From an uncultured virus (IMG/VR IMGVR_UViG_3300025470_000021) (lineage: Duplodnaviria > Heunggongvirae > Uroviricota > Caudoviricetes), in IMG/VR virus record IMGVR_UViG_3300025470_000021: DNA of 64,000 nt, one strand, 5' to 3'. Shown one piece after another: positions 29,960 through 40,202 of the stretch. The notes beneath the pieces are model-generated. The model worked only from the letters and a program-made list of their open reading frames with translations, was not told where the DNA came from and ran no database searches. How positions within the stretch are numbered: the first letter of the stretch is position 1; the number at the start of each line of letters is the position of its first letter. Both the position numbers and the translations under genes were made by a program.

Positions 29960-30406
29960 ATGACTGCGTACTACCCAAGTAACGTGAAGAATGACTTCAG
30001 CACTAAATTGAACTTCATTACAACAGTTCAAGCCGCTGATGTTAATGATCTTCAAAGTGAAGTAAGCGCTGTTGAGTCTAACCTTGGTACAAACATTGCT
30101 ACTGGTTCTGGTTGGATTGGTGTTTTTGATAAGACAACCACAAACTGGCCAACTCTAAAGGCTCGTCTTGCTAACATTGAATACGGTATCAATGAAGCCC
30201 TACTTACTGGTACACCATCAGGTGGAACCACAGGACAAGTGCTTACTAAATCTTCAGGTACAGACTACGATTATGCATGGTCAACAATTAACGCTCTTCC
30301 TAGCCAATCAGGTCAGGCTGGAAACTACTTAACAACAGATGGATCAAACGCTTCATGGGCAACTCCTGAAGCAACAATTAACCCACTTCTACTCATCGGA
30401 GCATAA
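29960..30406 (+). CDS. Virion/tail fibre-associated protein
   Basis: PSGGTTGQVLTK and LPSQSGQAGNYLTTDG fibre motifs. Confidence 0.6.
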   Translation: MTAYYPSNVKNDFSTKLNFITTVQAADVNDLQSEVSAVESNLGTNIATGSGWIGVFDKTTTNWPTLKARLANIEYGINEALLTGTPSGGTTGQVLTKSSGTDYDYAWSTINALPSQSGQAGNYLTTDGSNASWATPEATINPLLLIGA

Positions 30407-30416
30407 GGAATAATTT

Positions 30417-32636
30417 GTGGCTAATTATGGCGTAGCGGTATATGGGGAAAGTGTCTATGGTCAAACTAATCAGATACCTAACTCCGTATCACCAATGTCT
30501 ATTACGGTGGTGTATCCAACTGAGGTATACGTAAACTGGCAAGCACCTTCTGGAACTTACTCTGCTATTCGCCTTGTTAGAAACCAAAATAGTCTTCCTG
30601 AAACTGCCGAAGATGGTGTGATTGTTTGGGAACAGGTATCTTCCTCAATAACAAAAACATCTTTCAACGATGGTGGCGGGATTGAAGATACCGCTGGCAT
30701 ACCTATTGTCCCTGGTAAACCAATTTATTACGCGATGTTTTTATTTACATCTGACAATGTGTGGGTTCCTGCTGGCGCTGTATACGATGTTGTTCCCACA
30801 TCTCACGGAAGCACAGACTTATTAATTCGCTCATTGCCTAGAGTGTTCACAAGCAAAGAACAAACACCTATCGGTGAACCAGACCCAACCTCAGACCTTT
30901 ACTATTTTACTGACGGAATTGGTTTTACATTAGACGAATCTTTAACGTTTTTAGATCTTCTTCTTCCTGATCACACCAGAATTAGCACTCCAGTATCTTT
31001 ACTACCTCTTGAAACACAAAATTTTGGCCTTACTCCAGAGCCTGGAATGTCTATTAAAAGCCAAAAGCAACTTGTACGTGAAGCGTTTTATCTATATTCC
31101 CGTAAAGGAACAGCAACTGGTTTAGGGACTTATGTTGAGTCGTTAACTAATTATGCCCCAACAATTACTACATCAAGTAATCTTCTTCTCAGTGTTCAGG
31201 ACTCTACTTTTTATAATAGTACTGGTAATTGGATTGCTACAAACGCAACTATCTCATCAAGCAATGATGAAGCACCTGTACAACAACTAACTGACAAATA
31301 TATTGACTTGAATTACTCGTGCAAAATTGTTGCTTCAGGGGCTGGCTCTATGACCTTAGGAGCAGACTCACCAATTCTTAAAGGAGTTCCTATTACTCCT
31401 GGAACTCAGTACACCCTTTCAGCACAGATAATCTCTCCTACAAGTGCTGGCTCAATTAAACCAGCCTTAAAGTTTTACGATAAAAATGGTAAACAAATAG
31501 GATCAGATTTAACTCCAGCATCAGGTACAGCAGCAACTGGTAGTTGGGGTCAAATCACTTATTCAGCAACTACATACTCGCAATACAGTTCGGTTGTAGC
31601 AAGTGCTGTAGGAGTCTCTGGTTCCATCACTTACACAACCCCTACAACACACCAGTTTACTGTAGGGCAACACGTAACGGTGTCTGGTTTTACTACCTCA
31701 GGATTTAACGTATCAAATGCAACAATTACTGCTGTTACTGCTACTACCTTTACAATTACAAACTCTTACACTGGAACATCTCTTACAACAGAGTCAGGAA
31801 TTGCTGTTCCAGCAACTAATAACGTTAATGCAGCATACGCTGGAATTACATTCTCTTGGTCAGCAGCAGGAACGTATTACATTGACTGCGTGTCTTTGCA
31901 AACAGGAGGAACTGCTTCATATGATGAAGCCCGTGCTGTAGACATTCTTCTTAACCCAAACAAATCAAATCTTATTTACAACCCATCATTTGAAAACAAT
32001 GCAACAGATAACTGGACTCTTTCAGGATCTGCTTCAGTGTCTACTGTATCTGACGTGCCTTCACAGGTGTACTCAGGAAGTAAAAGTGCAAAGATTGTGG
32101 CTAGTGGTCCATGGACATTTACATCTAACCGCTCAACTATTCTTCCTGGAAAGTACTACACAGGTTCTGCGTATGTGAAGTCTTCCTCTGACATATTGCT
32201 AACTTTTATTGGTAGAGATTCCGATGGAAACATCATTGACAACGACCCATACACACAGGCAACATACGCTGACTGGACCCGTATCTATGGTACAGATCTA
32301 ACAGATGCCACTGCTACTACAGATACATACGAAATAGTGTTCTCTGGTGGTGCTGGAACTTTCTATATTGACTGCGTTCAATTTGAAAACACATTTAGGT
32401 TTAACCCCACAGTTACTCCTCACTTTGCTCCTACAGACTATATTGATGGTTCGTTACCAACATCTGTAGGGTGCGTGTGGTCAGGAACTGCTAACAATTC
32501 CCCATCTTATCTGTACATAAACAAAGACTTAAAAGTCTTGGCTTTGGCTCAAACACTTGGTGATTGGCTTCCAGAAAACGTTTTTTGGCGTGTCCGAACC
32601 TATGCAGCAGTGGAGTACAACAACCTAACCGTGTAG
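30417..32636 (+). CDS. Baseplate/tail protein (gpI-like region plus CBM-like domains)
   Basis: LYSRKGTATG...ESLT; NLIYNPSFE...SGSKS carbohydrate-binding-like domain. Confidence 0.7.
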   Translation: MANYGVAVYGESVYGQTNQIPNSVSPMSITVVYPTEVYVNWQAPSGTYSAIRLVRNQNSLPETAEDGVIVWEQVSSSITKTSFNDGGGIEDTAGIPIVPGKPIYYAMFLFTSDNVWVPAGAVYDVVPTSHGSTDLLIRSLPRVFTSKEQTPIGEPDPTSDLYYFTDGIGFTLDESLTFLDLLLPDHTRISTPVSLLPLETQNFGLTPEPGMSIKSQKQLVREAFYLYSRKGTATGLGTYVESLTNYAPTITTSSNLLLSVQDSTFYNSTGNWIATNATISSSNDEAPVQQLTDKYIDLNYSCKIVASGAGSMTLGADSPILKGVPITPGTQYTLSAQIISPTSAGSIKPALKFYDKNGKQIGSDLTPASGTAATGSWGQITYSATTYSQYSSVVASAVGVSGSITYTTPTTHQFTVGQHVTVSGFTTSGFNVSNATITAVTATTFTITNSYTGTSLTTESGIAVPATNNVNAAYAGITFSWSAAGTYYIDCVSLQTGGTASYDEARAVDILLNPNKSNLIYNPSFENNATDNWTLSGSASVSTVSDVPSQVYSGSKSAKIVASGPWTFTSNRSTILPGKYYTGSAYVKSSSDILLTFIGRDSDGNIIDNDPYTQATYADWTRIYGTDLTDATATTDTYEIVFSGGAGTFYIDCVQFENTFRFNPTVTPHFAPTDYIDGSLPTSVGCVWSGTANNSPSYLYINKDLKVLALAQTLGDWLPENVFWRVRTYAAVEYNNLTV

Positions 32637-32645
32637 TATGCGGAC

Positions 32646-32921
32646 ATGGTCAACTTACTAATCTCCGTAATTCTTACAGGAATGGCAGTTACATACGCCA
32701 TTGAGTTTTTAGATTTGATTACCTACGTAATTGTAGATAAATCGTTTCTTAATAAACTCCTACCAATGCCGTTAAGTCTTGGCGCACTTTATCTTCTCAA
32801 ATATTGGGATCTTAAATTAGTTGTTGCAGTACCTGCAGCATCATTCTTATCTTTGATGATTAACAAGTACCTCAATAAGCCTGTTGTCTTTGAAGCGCGT
32901 CGACAGTTGCCACGCCTATGA
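32646..32921 (+). CDS. Small membrane protein
   Basis: 2-3 hydrophobic segments. Confidence 0.6.
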   Translation: MVNLLISVILTGMAVTYAIEFLDLITYVIVDKSFLNKLLPMPLSLGALYLLKYWDLKLVVAVPAASFLSLMINKYLNKPVVFEARRQLPRL

Positions 32922-33502
32922 GAAGAATATCGGTAGTATCTTTTCAAAACATCGATGTGACAGAAGGACTTGAAGAACTCGTCCTTATGTATGACGATCC
33001 TTTTATTCTTTTTCCAATCACTTCTAACAAGTTATTTGTTGAAAGCGTATGGAATGTCATTAAAAAACACGGCCTAGAGTTTCACGCCTATTTCTCAGAG
33101 AACAGCGACTTTACAAATGTTGTCCTTAGCGGATCAAAGAACTTTACTAAGGTAAACAACCCCATCAAAGAGGTTGTAAAGATGATCAACATACCTGATG
33201 ACGTTCTTGCCATCGTATGGGATGACAGTCCAGAGTCTCACACAGTCCTACACTCCGTAGAAGACTATGGGGCAGAGACATGGAACATCATGGACGGATT
33301 AGATGTGATTGAGATTGACCATGGCGATCCAGACCTTGATGAGGACGAAATCCTGGAGGCGATCGAAGACACCTTCATGAGCCTTGTGGACTTGTTGGCT
33401 GGCTACATCACCACCAAGGTGGTAACCCTGCTCACCGAAGAAGTCAACGCTCACCTGGACAACCTAGAAGGTCGCAACGACATCGACCCGTTTGAGGAGT
33501 AG
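32918..33502 (+). CDS. Hypothetical protein
   Basis: ATGA overlap; 194-aa ORF. Confidence 0.6.
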   Translation: MRRISVVSFQNIDVTEGLEELVLMYDDPFILFPITSNKLFVESVWNVIKKHGLEFHAYFSENSDFTNVVLSGSKNFTKVNNPIKEVVKMINIPDDVLAIVWDDSPESHTVLHSVEDYGAETWNIMDGLDVIEIDHGDPDLDEDEILEAIEDTFMSLVDLLAGYITTKVVTLLTEEVNAHLDNLEGRNDIDPFEE

Positions 33503-33511
33503 TCTGCGCCC

Positions 33512-34489
33512 GTGCAAATCCCTGAGGGCGCTTATTCCGCTGACATCACCGATTACCAGTTCCGACTCCTGGCCTTTATGTGCCTGAATTCGGGCGCTGA
33601 CGGCCGTTTACAGGCCTCTGTAGCCGAGTTGGGTAGTCAGACTGGCAAATCTAGTGACAGAACCGTTAGAGATGCCATTAAAGCCCTACAAGCCAAGGGG
33701 TTCTTGACCGTGGTCAACACCAAAAGAGCCAACGGATACAAGGGCAAGAACGTCTACCAACTGACGGTAGATTACCCATCTGAACTGACAGTAGATTACC
33801 CATCCTCACCTGATAAGGTGATCAATAGTTCAGATAGTAATATTACAGATATACAACTAGTACCTAGTAGTAATACTACAAATAGTAATAAATTAAAATA
33901 TTCTGAATCAAAGATTCGAAGGGAAATCCTTATCCCAATGAAAGGCTACGACGATGGCGAAGATCTTGCAGGCTTTGGCCTTGTTGAGGACAGGGATGCG
34001 CCACAGCCTAAGATCCGAAAGAACGATCCAAGAACCCGTGGAAAGCGACCAGAGCATGAGTGGACTGCCATGGACGTCGCTGCTGAGTTCTCTTACAGAG
34101 TTGGCAAGAAGTTCCCACTCCTACCAGGAACAGTCAACGTCAAGCAACTCTCAGGAGCCCTTGCCAAGTTCAGAACCCAATACCAAACCACACCACTCCT
34201 AGAGTTAGAACTTCTCCGCCTCTTCATGGCGGATGAACGCAACTTTACAGACGTTGGAGATGAGGCTCCGTATTTGTACAAGCGCTTCCTTGCATCGTTT
34301 CGAACCAAGATGAACCAAGCACGCCAGAACCTTGGTCTTCCACGGATCGCCAGCAAAGAGTTTGACGAAACTCCAAAAGCATCTGCTAGTGTCCTCACTG
34401 CCAGCGATGGTCGCACATTCCAAAACACCATGTCAGGTCGTGCACAGATGCAACGCCACGAATTGCGGCTCAAAGGAGCAAACAAATGA
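33512..34489 (+). CDS. Replication initiator-like protein with N-terminal winged HTH
   Basis: SVAELG...SDRTVRDAIKALQAKGFL...NVYQL; lies upstream of DnaC-like loader and DnaB. Confidence 0.7.
   Translation: MQIPEGAYSADITDYQFRLLAFMCLNSGADGRLQASVAELGSQTGKSSDRTVRDAIKALQAKGFLTVVNTKRANGYKGKNVYQLTVDYPSELTVDYPSSPDKVINSSDSNITDIQLVPSSNTTNSNKLKYSESKIRREILIPMKGYDDGEDLAGFGLVEDRDAPQPKIRKNDPRTRGKRPEHEWTAMDVAAEFSYRVGKKFPLLPGTVNVKQLSGALAKFRTQYQTTPLLELELLRLFMADERNFTDVGDEAPYLYKRFLASFRTKMNQARQNLGLPRIASKEFDETPKASASVLTASDGRTFQNTMSGRAQMQRHELRLKGANK
33759..33910. promoter_or_regulatory. Putative replication origin (iteron-like repeats, inverted repeat, AT-rich tract)
   Basis: AACTGACRGTAGATTACCCATC at 33759 and 33783; TCACCT-GATA-AGGTGA; AT-rich stretch follows. 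Confidence 0.55.
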
Positions 34490-34578
34490 GAGAAGTATTT
34501 GGATACGTATTAGTAGTTTTAATTACATCAGCAGCAACACACTTAATAACACGAGGAGCAACATGGCTAAGAAAGTAA
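34486..34578 (+). CDS. 30-aa putative membrane peptide
   Basis: Hand-translated MREVFGYVLVVLITSAATHLITRGATWLRK; ATGA overlap with upstream stop. Confidence 0.45.
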   Translation: MREVFGYVLVVLITSAATHLITRGATWLRK

Positions 34579-34841
34579 CTAAGAAGTTCACCGCAGATCT
34601 CACACTCAACACAGAACAAGGTGGAGGATGGATGGCATTTGTCTCTGTGGTAGGAGAAGATGGAACTGCTGAAATCATTTTGTCAACTGCATGGAAAAAC
34701 GCATCAGCAGGTAAGCGTTGGATTAAATCAAAGGTTCTTGAACTAACTCCTCGTAAAAGCGTGAAGATGATTGCTGGAGAGAAAGTTGACGCTGCAGGCA
34801 AAGTAGTTTCATTTGCTGGCGAACTAACCTTTAAGGCGTAA
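34563..34841 (+). CDS. Hypothetical protein
   Basis: GAGGAG RBS before ATG 34563. Confidence 0.65.
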   Translation: MAKKVTKKFTADLTLNTEQGGGWMAFVSVVGEDGTAEIILSTAWKNASAGKRWIKSKVLELTPRKSVKMIAGEKVDAAGKVVSFAGELTFKA

Positions 34842-35558
34842 ATGTACGACATCACTCAACTCTCTTCTTTGAAGAGGCACTGGTTACTTCGCACCTCTAA
34901 TATCCCAACACGATTTCTAGGCTTAGAACCTAGCGACATCATTGAAAAGGCTGGATATTTTCCAGCAGAGATCAGTGATTGGATTGACATGGTTATTGAA
35001 GGCCAAGTCATTAAGAACATTGGGAACTTAGGAACTACTGGCGTTGGTCTTCTCCTTGACGGAGGGCCTGGTATCGGTAAGACAACTCACGCAGTTGTTG
35101 CAGCCATGGAAGTTATCCGCAGACTTCCTGATGATGATGCGGCTTTGTGCCATGCCTTTGGAATTAAGAACTCTGATTTTGGTATGAGTTTTCGCCCTAT
35201 CCACTACTTAACTTACCCAGAGTTTCTCTCACTAAAGAAGTCAACCTTTGACCAGGAAACTGACCACAGTGTTACTGACCGAATTGATGGCTTACATGGA
35301 AGATCTCGGTTTGACTGGTTAAATGTGCGAATTCTTATCATCGATGATCTAGGCAAAGAGTACGGTTCAAAGTATGACGATGCTTCTTTTGATGAAATTC
35401 TTCGTTTGAGATATGACAAGGCTTTACCAACAATTGTGACGACAAATGTTAAACTTGAGAACTGGGAAGCAAACTACTCAGAGGCTATGGCAAGTTTTGC
35501 CCAAGAAGCCTTTGTACGAGTTCCCATCGTTGGCTCAGATCGACGAGGCCAAGAATGA
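34842..35558 (+). CDS. DnaC/IstB-like helicase loader ATPase
   Basis: GGPGIGKT, ILIIDDLGKE, R.RY...LPTIVTTN. Confidence 0.9.
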   Translation: MYDITQLSSLKRHWLLRTSNIPTRFLGLEPSDIIEKAGYFPAEISDWIDMVIEGQVIKNIGNLGTTGVGLLLDGGPGIGKTTHAVVAAMEVIRRLPDDDAALCHAFGIKNSDFGMSFRPIHYLTYPEFLSLKKSTFDQETDHSVTDRIDGLHGRSRFDWLNVRILIIDDLGKEYGSKYDDASFDEILRLRYDKALPTIVTTNVKLENWEANYSEAMASFAQEAFVRVPIVGSDRRGQE

Positions 35559-35863
35559 AGGGGATGAGTATGGATACCAGTTGGCGGACAATTCAACTGT
35601 TCATATCTCCTCAAGGTGCTGGGGTTTTTGAGGTCGAGATTGACACTGAAAGTAAAGACACCAGATGCACATGCCCTGTGTGGAAGAAGCGCGGATCATG
35701 CAAGCACACCCAGTATGTAAACATTAAGAGCAGAATTAACAATGGTCATTACGCAATCAGCATTCCTAAAGGTGTAAGTGAAGAAGTTGTTGCTGATGCA
35801 ATTGATGATCCAGTACGCTTTAGAGAGTTGATTTTAAAGTACTCTACTATTGAGGTTATATGA
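35555..35863 (+). CDS. SWIM zinc-finger protein
   Basis: CTCP......CKH. Confidence 0.75.
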   Translation: MKGMSMDTSWRTIQLFISPQGAGVFEVEIDTESKDTRCTCPVWKKRGSCKHTQYVNIKSRINNGHYAISIPKGVSEEVVADAIDDPVRFRELILKYSTIEVI

Positions 35864-36276
35864 AAAATGGTGACATCTCGAACGAAACGCCTCCTCGCAT
35901 TATTGTCCTTATTGATGTTGTGGCTGTCAGCGAGATGGTGGATACAAAAAAATTACTTAGGACTACACAAGAAAGAAAGATAACAAGACTTAATGCGTTA
36001 GCATTGAAGCAGTTGTGGGATTTAGGAAATAAATATGGTCTGTCATTAGAGTTAGCAGCGTATGAATCTGATGACTGGACTCAGCAACATTTAGATAGTT
36101 TTATGGCTAGGCTAGATAGACGAGGTGCAAACCCGTTTAACTACGCGGAACTGTATACGGACATCGATAACTTTATTGATGATCTTCCCTACAGAGCAAA
36201 CTTTAAAGGTGTGATTGATTTACCTGGTAGAGTCGCTCGGTACGGGTCATGGGGAGTAGAACTAGAAAACCTGTAG
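35860..36276 (+). CDS. Hypothetical protein
   Basis: Coupled ORF within the replication operon. Confidence 0.6.
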   Translation: MKNGDISNETPPRIIVLIDVVAVSEMVDTKKLLRTTQERKITRLNALALKQLWDLGNKYGLSLELAAYESDDWTQQHLDSFMARLDRRGANPFNYAELYTDIDNFIDDLPYRANFKGVIDLPGRVARYGSWGVELENL

Positions 36277-36286
36277 GAGGGGCGCG

Positions 36287-37540
36287 ATGGCAGCAGATAA
36301 TGAACACCGTTTAGTCAGTAAAGTCATTCGTGACAGAGACATAATCCCCGCCCTTCAACGTGATGTAAAAGCAAATTGGTTTCTTGACGATGATAATCGT
36401 CGTGTGTGGGAATTTGTTATCTCCCATTACAACGAATACAACGAAGTACCTACAGCAGTAGTAGTTAAAGACCACTACCCCAATTACAAAGTATTAGATG
36501 TTGAAGACACCATCGATTACTTGTTGGACACGATGGTTACCTTCCGTCGCAATTTACTTACTCGTCAAGGACTGGAAGCAGCGATTGAGAACCTGCAAGA
36601 AAACAACCATGAAGCAGCCCTCATTGCTATGGAGGGAACTCTTACTCGTGTTAACGAACAAGGTGTTCTCGGCACTCACGAGATGGACTTGTCAAAGAAT
36701 GTTGAAGAACGGTACAAGGAATACCAGTCATTAAAGAACCAAGAGTTCTTAGGTATACCTACAGGGTTTGAAAAGATTGATGAAGCAACTGCTGGTTTAC
36801 AGGGCGGTCAATTGATCACCATCATTGCACCACCAAAGACTGGTAAATCACAGATCGCATTAAAGATTGCTATCAATATTCATGAACAAGGTAAAGTTCC
36901 TATGTTTCAATCATTTGAGATGAACAACAAAGAACAGCAACAGCGACACGACTCCATTCGTGCAAATATCTCTCACACTCGTTTGCGTAGAGGTAAGTTA
37001 ACTCCAGCAGAAGATGCTCGCTATGTTTCTTCCCTCAACAAGATTGAAAATATGCAATCATTTCATCTTGTAGATGCTGTTAATGGATTGACAGTGTCAT
37101 CTTTAGCAGCAAAGATCCAACAGACAAAACCTGATGTGGTGTTTGTTGATGGTGTATATTTGATGCTTGATGAAATATCTGGTGAAATGAATACACCTCA
37201 AGCAATTACTAATATCACTCGTGGTCTTAAGCGCTTGGCTCAGAAGATTAACAAACCCGTAATTATTACAACACAGACTTTGCTATGGAAGATGCGCGGT
37301 GGAAAAGTGACTGCTGATTCCATCGGTTACTCGTCTTCGTTCTTCCAAGATTCTGACGTTATCTTGGGATTAGAACCTGTAGAAGAAGATGAAGAAGTAA
37401 GAAAACTTCGCATTGTCTCAAGCCGTAACTGCCCACCAACAGAGACACCGATCACATGGAACTGGGAAACAGGATGCTTCCATGACGAAGATGAAATGTC
37501 CAAGTGTTCATTCTGTCTTAAGCACATGGCTAATCGCTAA
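36287..37540 (+). CDS. dnaB: DnaB-like replicative helicase
   Basis: GIPTGF..ID....GLQGGQL...APPKTGKS; VFVDGVYLM; QDSDVILGL. Confidence 0.92.
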   Translation: MAADNEHRLVSKVIRDRDIIPALQRDVKANWFLDDDNRRVWEFVISHYNEYNEVPTAVVVKDHYPNYKVLDVEDTIDYLLDTMVTFRRNLLTRQGLEAAIENLQENNHEAALIAMEGTLTRVNEQGVLGTHEMDLSKNVEERYKEYQSLKNQEFLGIPTGFEKIDEATAGLQGGQLITIIAPPKTGKSQIALKIAINIHEQGKVPMFQSFEMNNKEQQQRHDSIRANISHTRLRRGKLTPAEDARYVSSLNKIENMQSFHLVDAVNGLTVSSLAAKIQQTKPDVVFVDGVYLMLDEISGEMNTPQAITNITRGLKRLAQKINKPVIITTQTLLWKMRGGKVTADSIGYSSSFFQDSDVILGLEPVEEDEEVRKLRIVSSRNCPPTETPITWNWETGCFHDEDEMSKCSFCLKHMANR

Positions 37541-38469
37541 TGGATGTTGAAAAGGTTTTACTAAACCTAGATGTAAGCATGGTTGCCCAGAGAGGCAACG
37601 AAGTTAATGGGCTATGCCCTATGCACAAGACTCGCACGGGCAGTGATGACCACAGCCCATCATGGTGGGTTAATCTGGAGACAGGTGTACATCTCTGTTT
37701 CTCTTGTGGATATAAGGGCAACATGTACACCCTTGTCCGTGATTTAAAAGGTCTTGACCACTTTGATATCCAAGACTTCCTCAAAGAGAAGAGCGAAGTA
37801 CCTTTAGATACCCTTTTGCAGCGCCTTAGAGACCTCCCTCAGTACGTAACACCAGAAGAACCTATTGGGATGTCAGAGGCTCGCCTAGCGGTCTTTACAG
37901 ACGCCCCAGAGATAGAACTCAAGAAGAGATTCCTCACACGCGAAGCAGTGAACGCCCACGGAGTTCTTTGGGATGCCAAGAACAGCGCATGGATTTTGCC
38001 AATCAGAGAGCCCAATGATTTTTCTCTTTGGGGATGGCAAGAAAAGGGCGCAACAGGACGATTCTTTAAGAACTATCCACCAGGAGTAAAGAAATCGAAG
38101 ACAGTTTTTGGAGTAAAGATTCTTGATGAGTCTGTACCTTTATGGGTTGTTGAGTCTCCGCTAGATGCTGTTCGTCTTACTGGTCTTGGCTACAACGCTA
38201 TCGCTACCTTTGGAGCAATCATTAGCGAAGAGCAGGGCAAGTTGATGCGTCGAGCAACAAGCATTATCTCTGCATTTGATAATGATCAGGCAGGAAAGAA
38301 AGCATCAGAGCAGATGCTGGGATTCTCACGCAAGTATGGATTTGATCTTCGTTACTTAAACTACGCTGGCATAGATGTTAAAGATGTCGGAGACATGAGC
38401 GAGAAGCAGATACAGCGTGGGCTAGAGACTGCCAAGCATATGATCTATGGCAAAGAGGCATACGCATGA
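37540..38469 (+). CDS. dnaG: DNA primase (CHC2 zinc finger + TOPRIM)
   Basis: CPMH...CFSCG; VVESPLD; FDNDQAG; KDVGD. Confidence 0.92.
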   Translation: MDVEKVLLNLDVSMVAQRGNEVNGLCPMHKTRTGSDDHSPSWWVNLETGVHLCFSCGYKGNMYTLVRDLKGLDHFDIQDFLKEKSEVPLDTLLQRLRDLPQYVTPEEPIGMSEARLAVFTDAPEIELKKRFLTREAVNAHGVLWDAKNSAWILPIREPNDFSLWGWQEKGATGRFFKNYPPGVKKSKTVFGVKILDESVPLWVVESPLDAVRLTGLGYNAIATFGAIISEEQGKLMRRATSIISAFDNDQAGKKASEQMLGFSRKYGFDLRYLNYAGIDVKDVGDMSEKQIQRGLETAKHMIYGKEAYA

Positions 38470-38654
38470 CATTGGACGCACGCGGAGTTCCTACACATGC
38501 TTGCCCTAACTGTGGTCATTTGGTTTTTAGAATTAAAGCGATGTTTGAAGACTACGATATAGCGATGTGGTTTTTAGATGCAGAGTGCGATGACTGTGGC
38601 ACCCTGGTCACAACTCCTACACCTGTAGATAATCCTGATAAAAATGTCCTTTAA
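38466..38654 (+). CDS. Small zinc-ribbon protein
   Basis: CPNCG...CDDCG. Confidence 0.65.
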   Translation: MTLDARGVPTHACPNCGHLVFRIKAMFEDYDIAMWFLDAECDDCGTLVTTPTPVDNPDKNVL

Positions 38655-40194
38655 AAAATCTTTAAAACCATATCAAGTCGAGGCAGTAGCCAAGATGGTT
38701 GACCGTAAAAAGATGTTAGTTGCTTACGAGATGGGACTTGGTAAAACAGCCATGTCTATTGCAGCGATCGAAACTTTGCGAGACTCTCAAGACATTACAA
38801 AACCAGTATTAGTTATCTGTTTATCAAGTTTAAAATACCAGTGGCAAAAAGAAATAGCAAAGTTTTCTGATTCATCATCAACCGTTATAGATGGGTCTAA
38901 ATCAAAAAGAGAAAAACAATGGGTTGAATCCACTGACTACATCATTTGTAACTATGAAGCCGTAGTTAATGACTGGGATATTGTTAGCAAGATTGAATGG
39001 CATGCTGTCGTATGCGACGAAGCAACCGCGATAAAAGGCTTCCGTTCCCAAAGGGCCAAGAAGGTCAAACAACTTTCAAAGGATGTAAAGGTTAGGTTTG
39101 CGCTGACTGGTACACCTATTGAGAACGGACGCCCAGAAGAACTGTACTCGATTATGCAGTTTGTTGATCCTAATCTACTTGGAAGATTTGATCTATTTGA
39201 TCAGACGTTTATCGTGCGCAATCACTTTGGTGGTGTACAACGCTATAGAAACTTACCTTTGTTCCATGAGAAAGTGCAACAAGCGTCTGTGCGTAAAACT
39301 CAGACAGATGAAGATGTCGCTCCATATCTTCCAGACACTATTTATCGTGACCCAATAGTCGTGCCGTTTGATACTGACAGTAAAAAACTTTACAAGTATA
39401 TTGCCGAAGAACTTTGCAATGAGTTAATAGAGGCGCAACAACTTCTTGGTGCAAATTTTTCTTTGATGGCTCACTATGGACATGAGAGCAAACAAAGTGG
39501 ACCAGCAGATGCTATGCGCGGATCTATCATGAGCAAGATCACCGCACTAAGAATGTTGTGTGATCATCCAGAACTACTAATAGACAGCGCCCAAAAGTTT
39601 AAAGAACAAAACGGTGAAGGTAGTGCATATGCATACAGTCTAAAAGAACGAGACTTGTTACTATCTAAAAAATCACATAAATTGATGGCACTTAAGACAT
39701 ATGTAGAAGATCATCTAGATACAGATCCAGATTCCAAAGTAGTTATCTTTACATCTTATGTAGGGATGCTTAAAAAAATTCAAGACTTGGTAGGAGGAAC
39801 CCTGTATACGGGATCGATGGATGCCAAAGAGAAAGAAGCCAGTAAAGAGAAGTTTCTTACCGACCCAGCGTGTCGTGTATTCATATCCTCGGATGCTGGA
39901 GGTTATGGTGTAGATTTACCAAACGCAAACCTACTGATTAACTATGATCTTCCTTGGAGTGCTGGCCTATCCGTTCAAAGAAACGGCCGAATCAAAAGGG
40001 CATCAAGTAGGTGGCCAACAGTAATCATCCAAGATATGATTATGGAAAACTCAATAGAGGTAAGACAGCACGACATGCTCCAACAAAAGAATGCTGTGGC
40101 AGATGCTGTATTAGATGGGGCTGGCATCAATTCCAGGGGTGGAGTTGACATGACCGTAGGAAGTTTGATAAGTTTTCTCACAGGGAAAAATTAG
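38644..40194 (+). CDS. SNF2-family helicase
   Basis: LKPYQ, EMGLGKT, CDEA, LTGTPIEN, GGYGVDL, QRNGRIKR. Confidence 0.93.
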   Translation: MSFKKSLKPYQVEAVAKMVDRKKMLVAYEMGLGKTAMSIAAIETLRDSQDITKPVLVICLSSLKYQWQKEIAKFSDSSSTVIDGSKSKREKQWVESTDYIICNYEAVVNDWDIVSKIEWHAVVCDEATAIKGFRSQRAKKVKQLSKDVKVRFALTGTPIENGRPEELYSIMQFVDPNLLGRFDLFDQTFIVRNHFGGVQRYRNLPLFHEKVQQASVRKTQTDEDVAPYLPDTIYRDPIVVPFDTDSKKLYKYIAEELCNELIEAQQLLGANFSLMAHYGHESKQSGPADAMRGSIMSKITALRMLCDHPELLIDSAQKFKEQNGEGSAYAYSLKERDLLLSKKSHKLMALKTYVEDHLDTDPDSKVVIFTSYVGMLKKIQDLVGGTLYTGSMDAKEKEASKEKFLTDPACRVFISSDAGGYGVDLPNANLLINYDLPWSAGLSVQRNGRIKRASSRWPTVIIQDMIMENSIEVRQHDMLQQKNAVADAVLDGAGINSRGGVDMTVGSLISFLTGKN

Positions 40195-40202
40195 GAGGCA
40201 CA

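Noticed and set aside
32646..32921. Holin call
   Set aside because: Hydrophobic, but no adjacent endolysin or diagnostic motif
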